NCBI GenBank assembly: GCA_963751345.1
Contig: CAVVUS010000038.1
Coordinates: 32,001 to 96,000 of the forward strand
Source: an uncultured Chloroflexia bacterium
GTDB lineage: Bacteria > Chloroflexota > Anaerolineae > B4-G1 > SLSP01
Direction: 5' to 3'
DNA: 64,000 nt
The notes below the pieces were generated by a model. It was not told the DNA's origin, searched no databases, and was given only the letters and a program-made list of their open reading frames with translations. A program made the position numbers and the translations under genes. Every line of letters begins with the position of its first letter. The first letter of the stretch is position 1. Positions 63,546 through 64,000 of this stretch are shown in pieces.

Positions 63546-64000
63546 ATGATGCTTCAGTTGGATCTTGCGACTATTCTGTGGCAGGTAGTCAATTTCCTCA
63601 TTCTCTTTGTGGCATTGTACTTCCTCCTGTTCAAGCCCGTGATGGCAGCGATCAGGAAGCGCGAGGATCTGCGACAACAACAGGCGCGCAAGCTGGAGGA
63701 GGACCGCACTGCGGCTGCTGCGCTGCGTTCCGAGTTGGAGTCACGGCTGTCATCGGCAGAGGAAGAGGCTGAAGTGATCATCAGCCGTGCCAAGGATCAG
63801 GCTGAGGTGGAGCGGGGAACCCTGGTTGAGGAGGCGCGGGCTGAGGTTGAGCGCATCCTGACGGAGGCTCACGCGGACGCCTACCGCCTGAAGCGGCAGT
63901 CGGTTGATGAGTTTCACGATGAGCTGCTGTCCGCCGTGCTGGACGTCAGCGGTCTGGTGATCGGCAAGGTAGCGCCCGATGGCCTCCATACCTCGCTGGT
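63546..64000 (+). CDS. atpF: ATP synthase Fo subunit b (3' truncated by window edge)
   Basis: MMLQLDLATILWQVVNFLILFVALYFLLFKPV followed by a charged coiled coil. The frame is open to the window end. Confidence 0.9.
   Translation, partial: MMLQLDLATILWQVVNFLILFVALYFLLFKPVMAAIRKREDLRQQQARKLEEDRTAAAALRSELESRLSSAEEEAEVIISRAKDQAEVERGTLVEEARAEVERILTEAHADAYRLKRQSVDEFHDELLSAVLDVSGLVIGKVAPDGLHTSL

Overview
GC-rich bacterial chromosomal segment, most likely from an anaerobic Chloroflexota (Anaerolineae-like) genome. This placement is inferred from the GT39/TIGR03663 membrane proteins, LysM-M23 lipoprotein, RecD2, ADP-forming acyl-CoA ligase and Firmicutes-like sigma70 promoters. About 20 genes are split by single-base frameshifts, which suggests uncorrected long-read indels rather than real pseudogenes. 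In order, the window holds: pfkA; an isoprenoid/hopanoid locus (polyprenyl synthase, type-2 IDI, acpP, hpnA, hpnG, hpnH, DUF116, shc) with no hpnCDE/squalene synthase; yceD-rpoD-metG; two GT-C glycosyltransferase-like genes; an FGGY kinase and deoC; a 12.4-kb minus-strand catabolic operon (DUF2877, fdrA, DUF1116, cyclase-family amidohydrolase, GNAT-like protein, Cys-less thiolase plus DUF35, UraA-type NCS2 permease, three-subunit xanthine-dehydrogenase-family enzyme); plsC; an MFS transporter; a LysM/M23 protein; an acetate-CoA ligase; an RsmC-like methyltransferase; MoxR-DUF58-transglutaminase; MgtC/DUF4010; three tRNAs; recD2; an orphan DUF4258; a MacAB-like exporter; mreB; and the start of an N-type (probably Na+) ATPase operon. 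The catabolic operon is preceded by a consensus promoter, a ~340-nt structured non-coding leader and an intrinsic terminator. The best candidate for an undescribed system is this operon with its RNA leader, interpreted as a possible anaerobic oxidative pyrimidine-degradation pathway. The second candidate is the DUF116-containing hopanoid cluster that lacks a squalene synthase.
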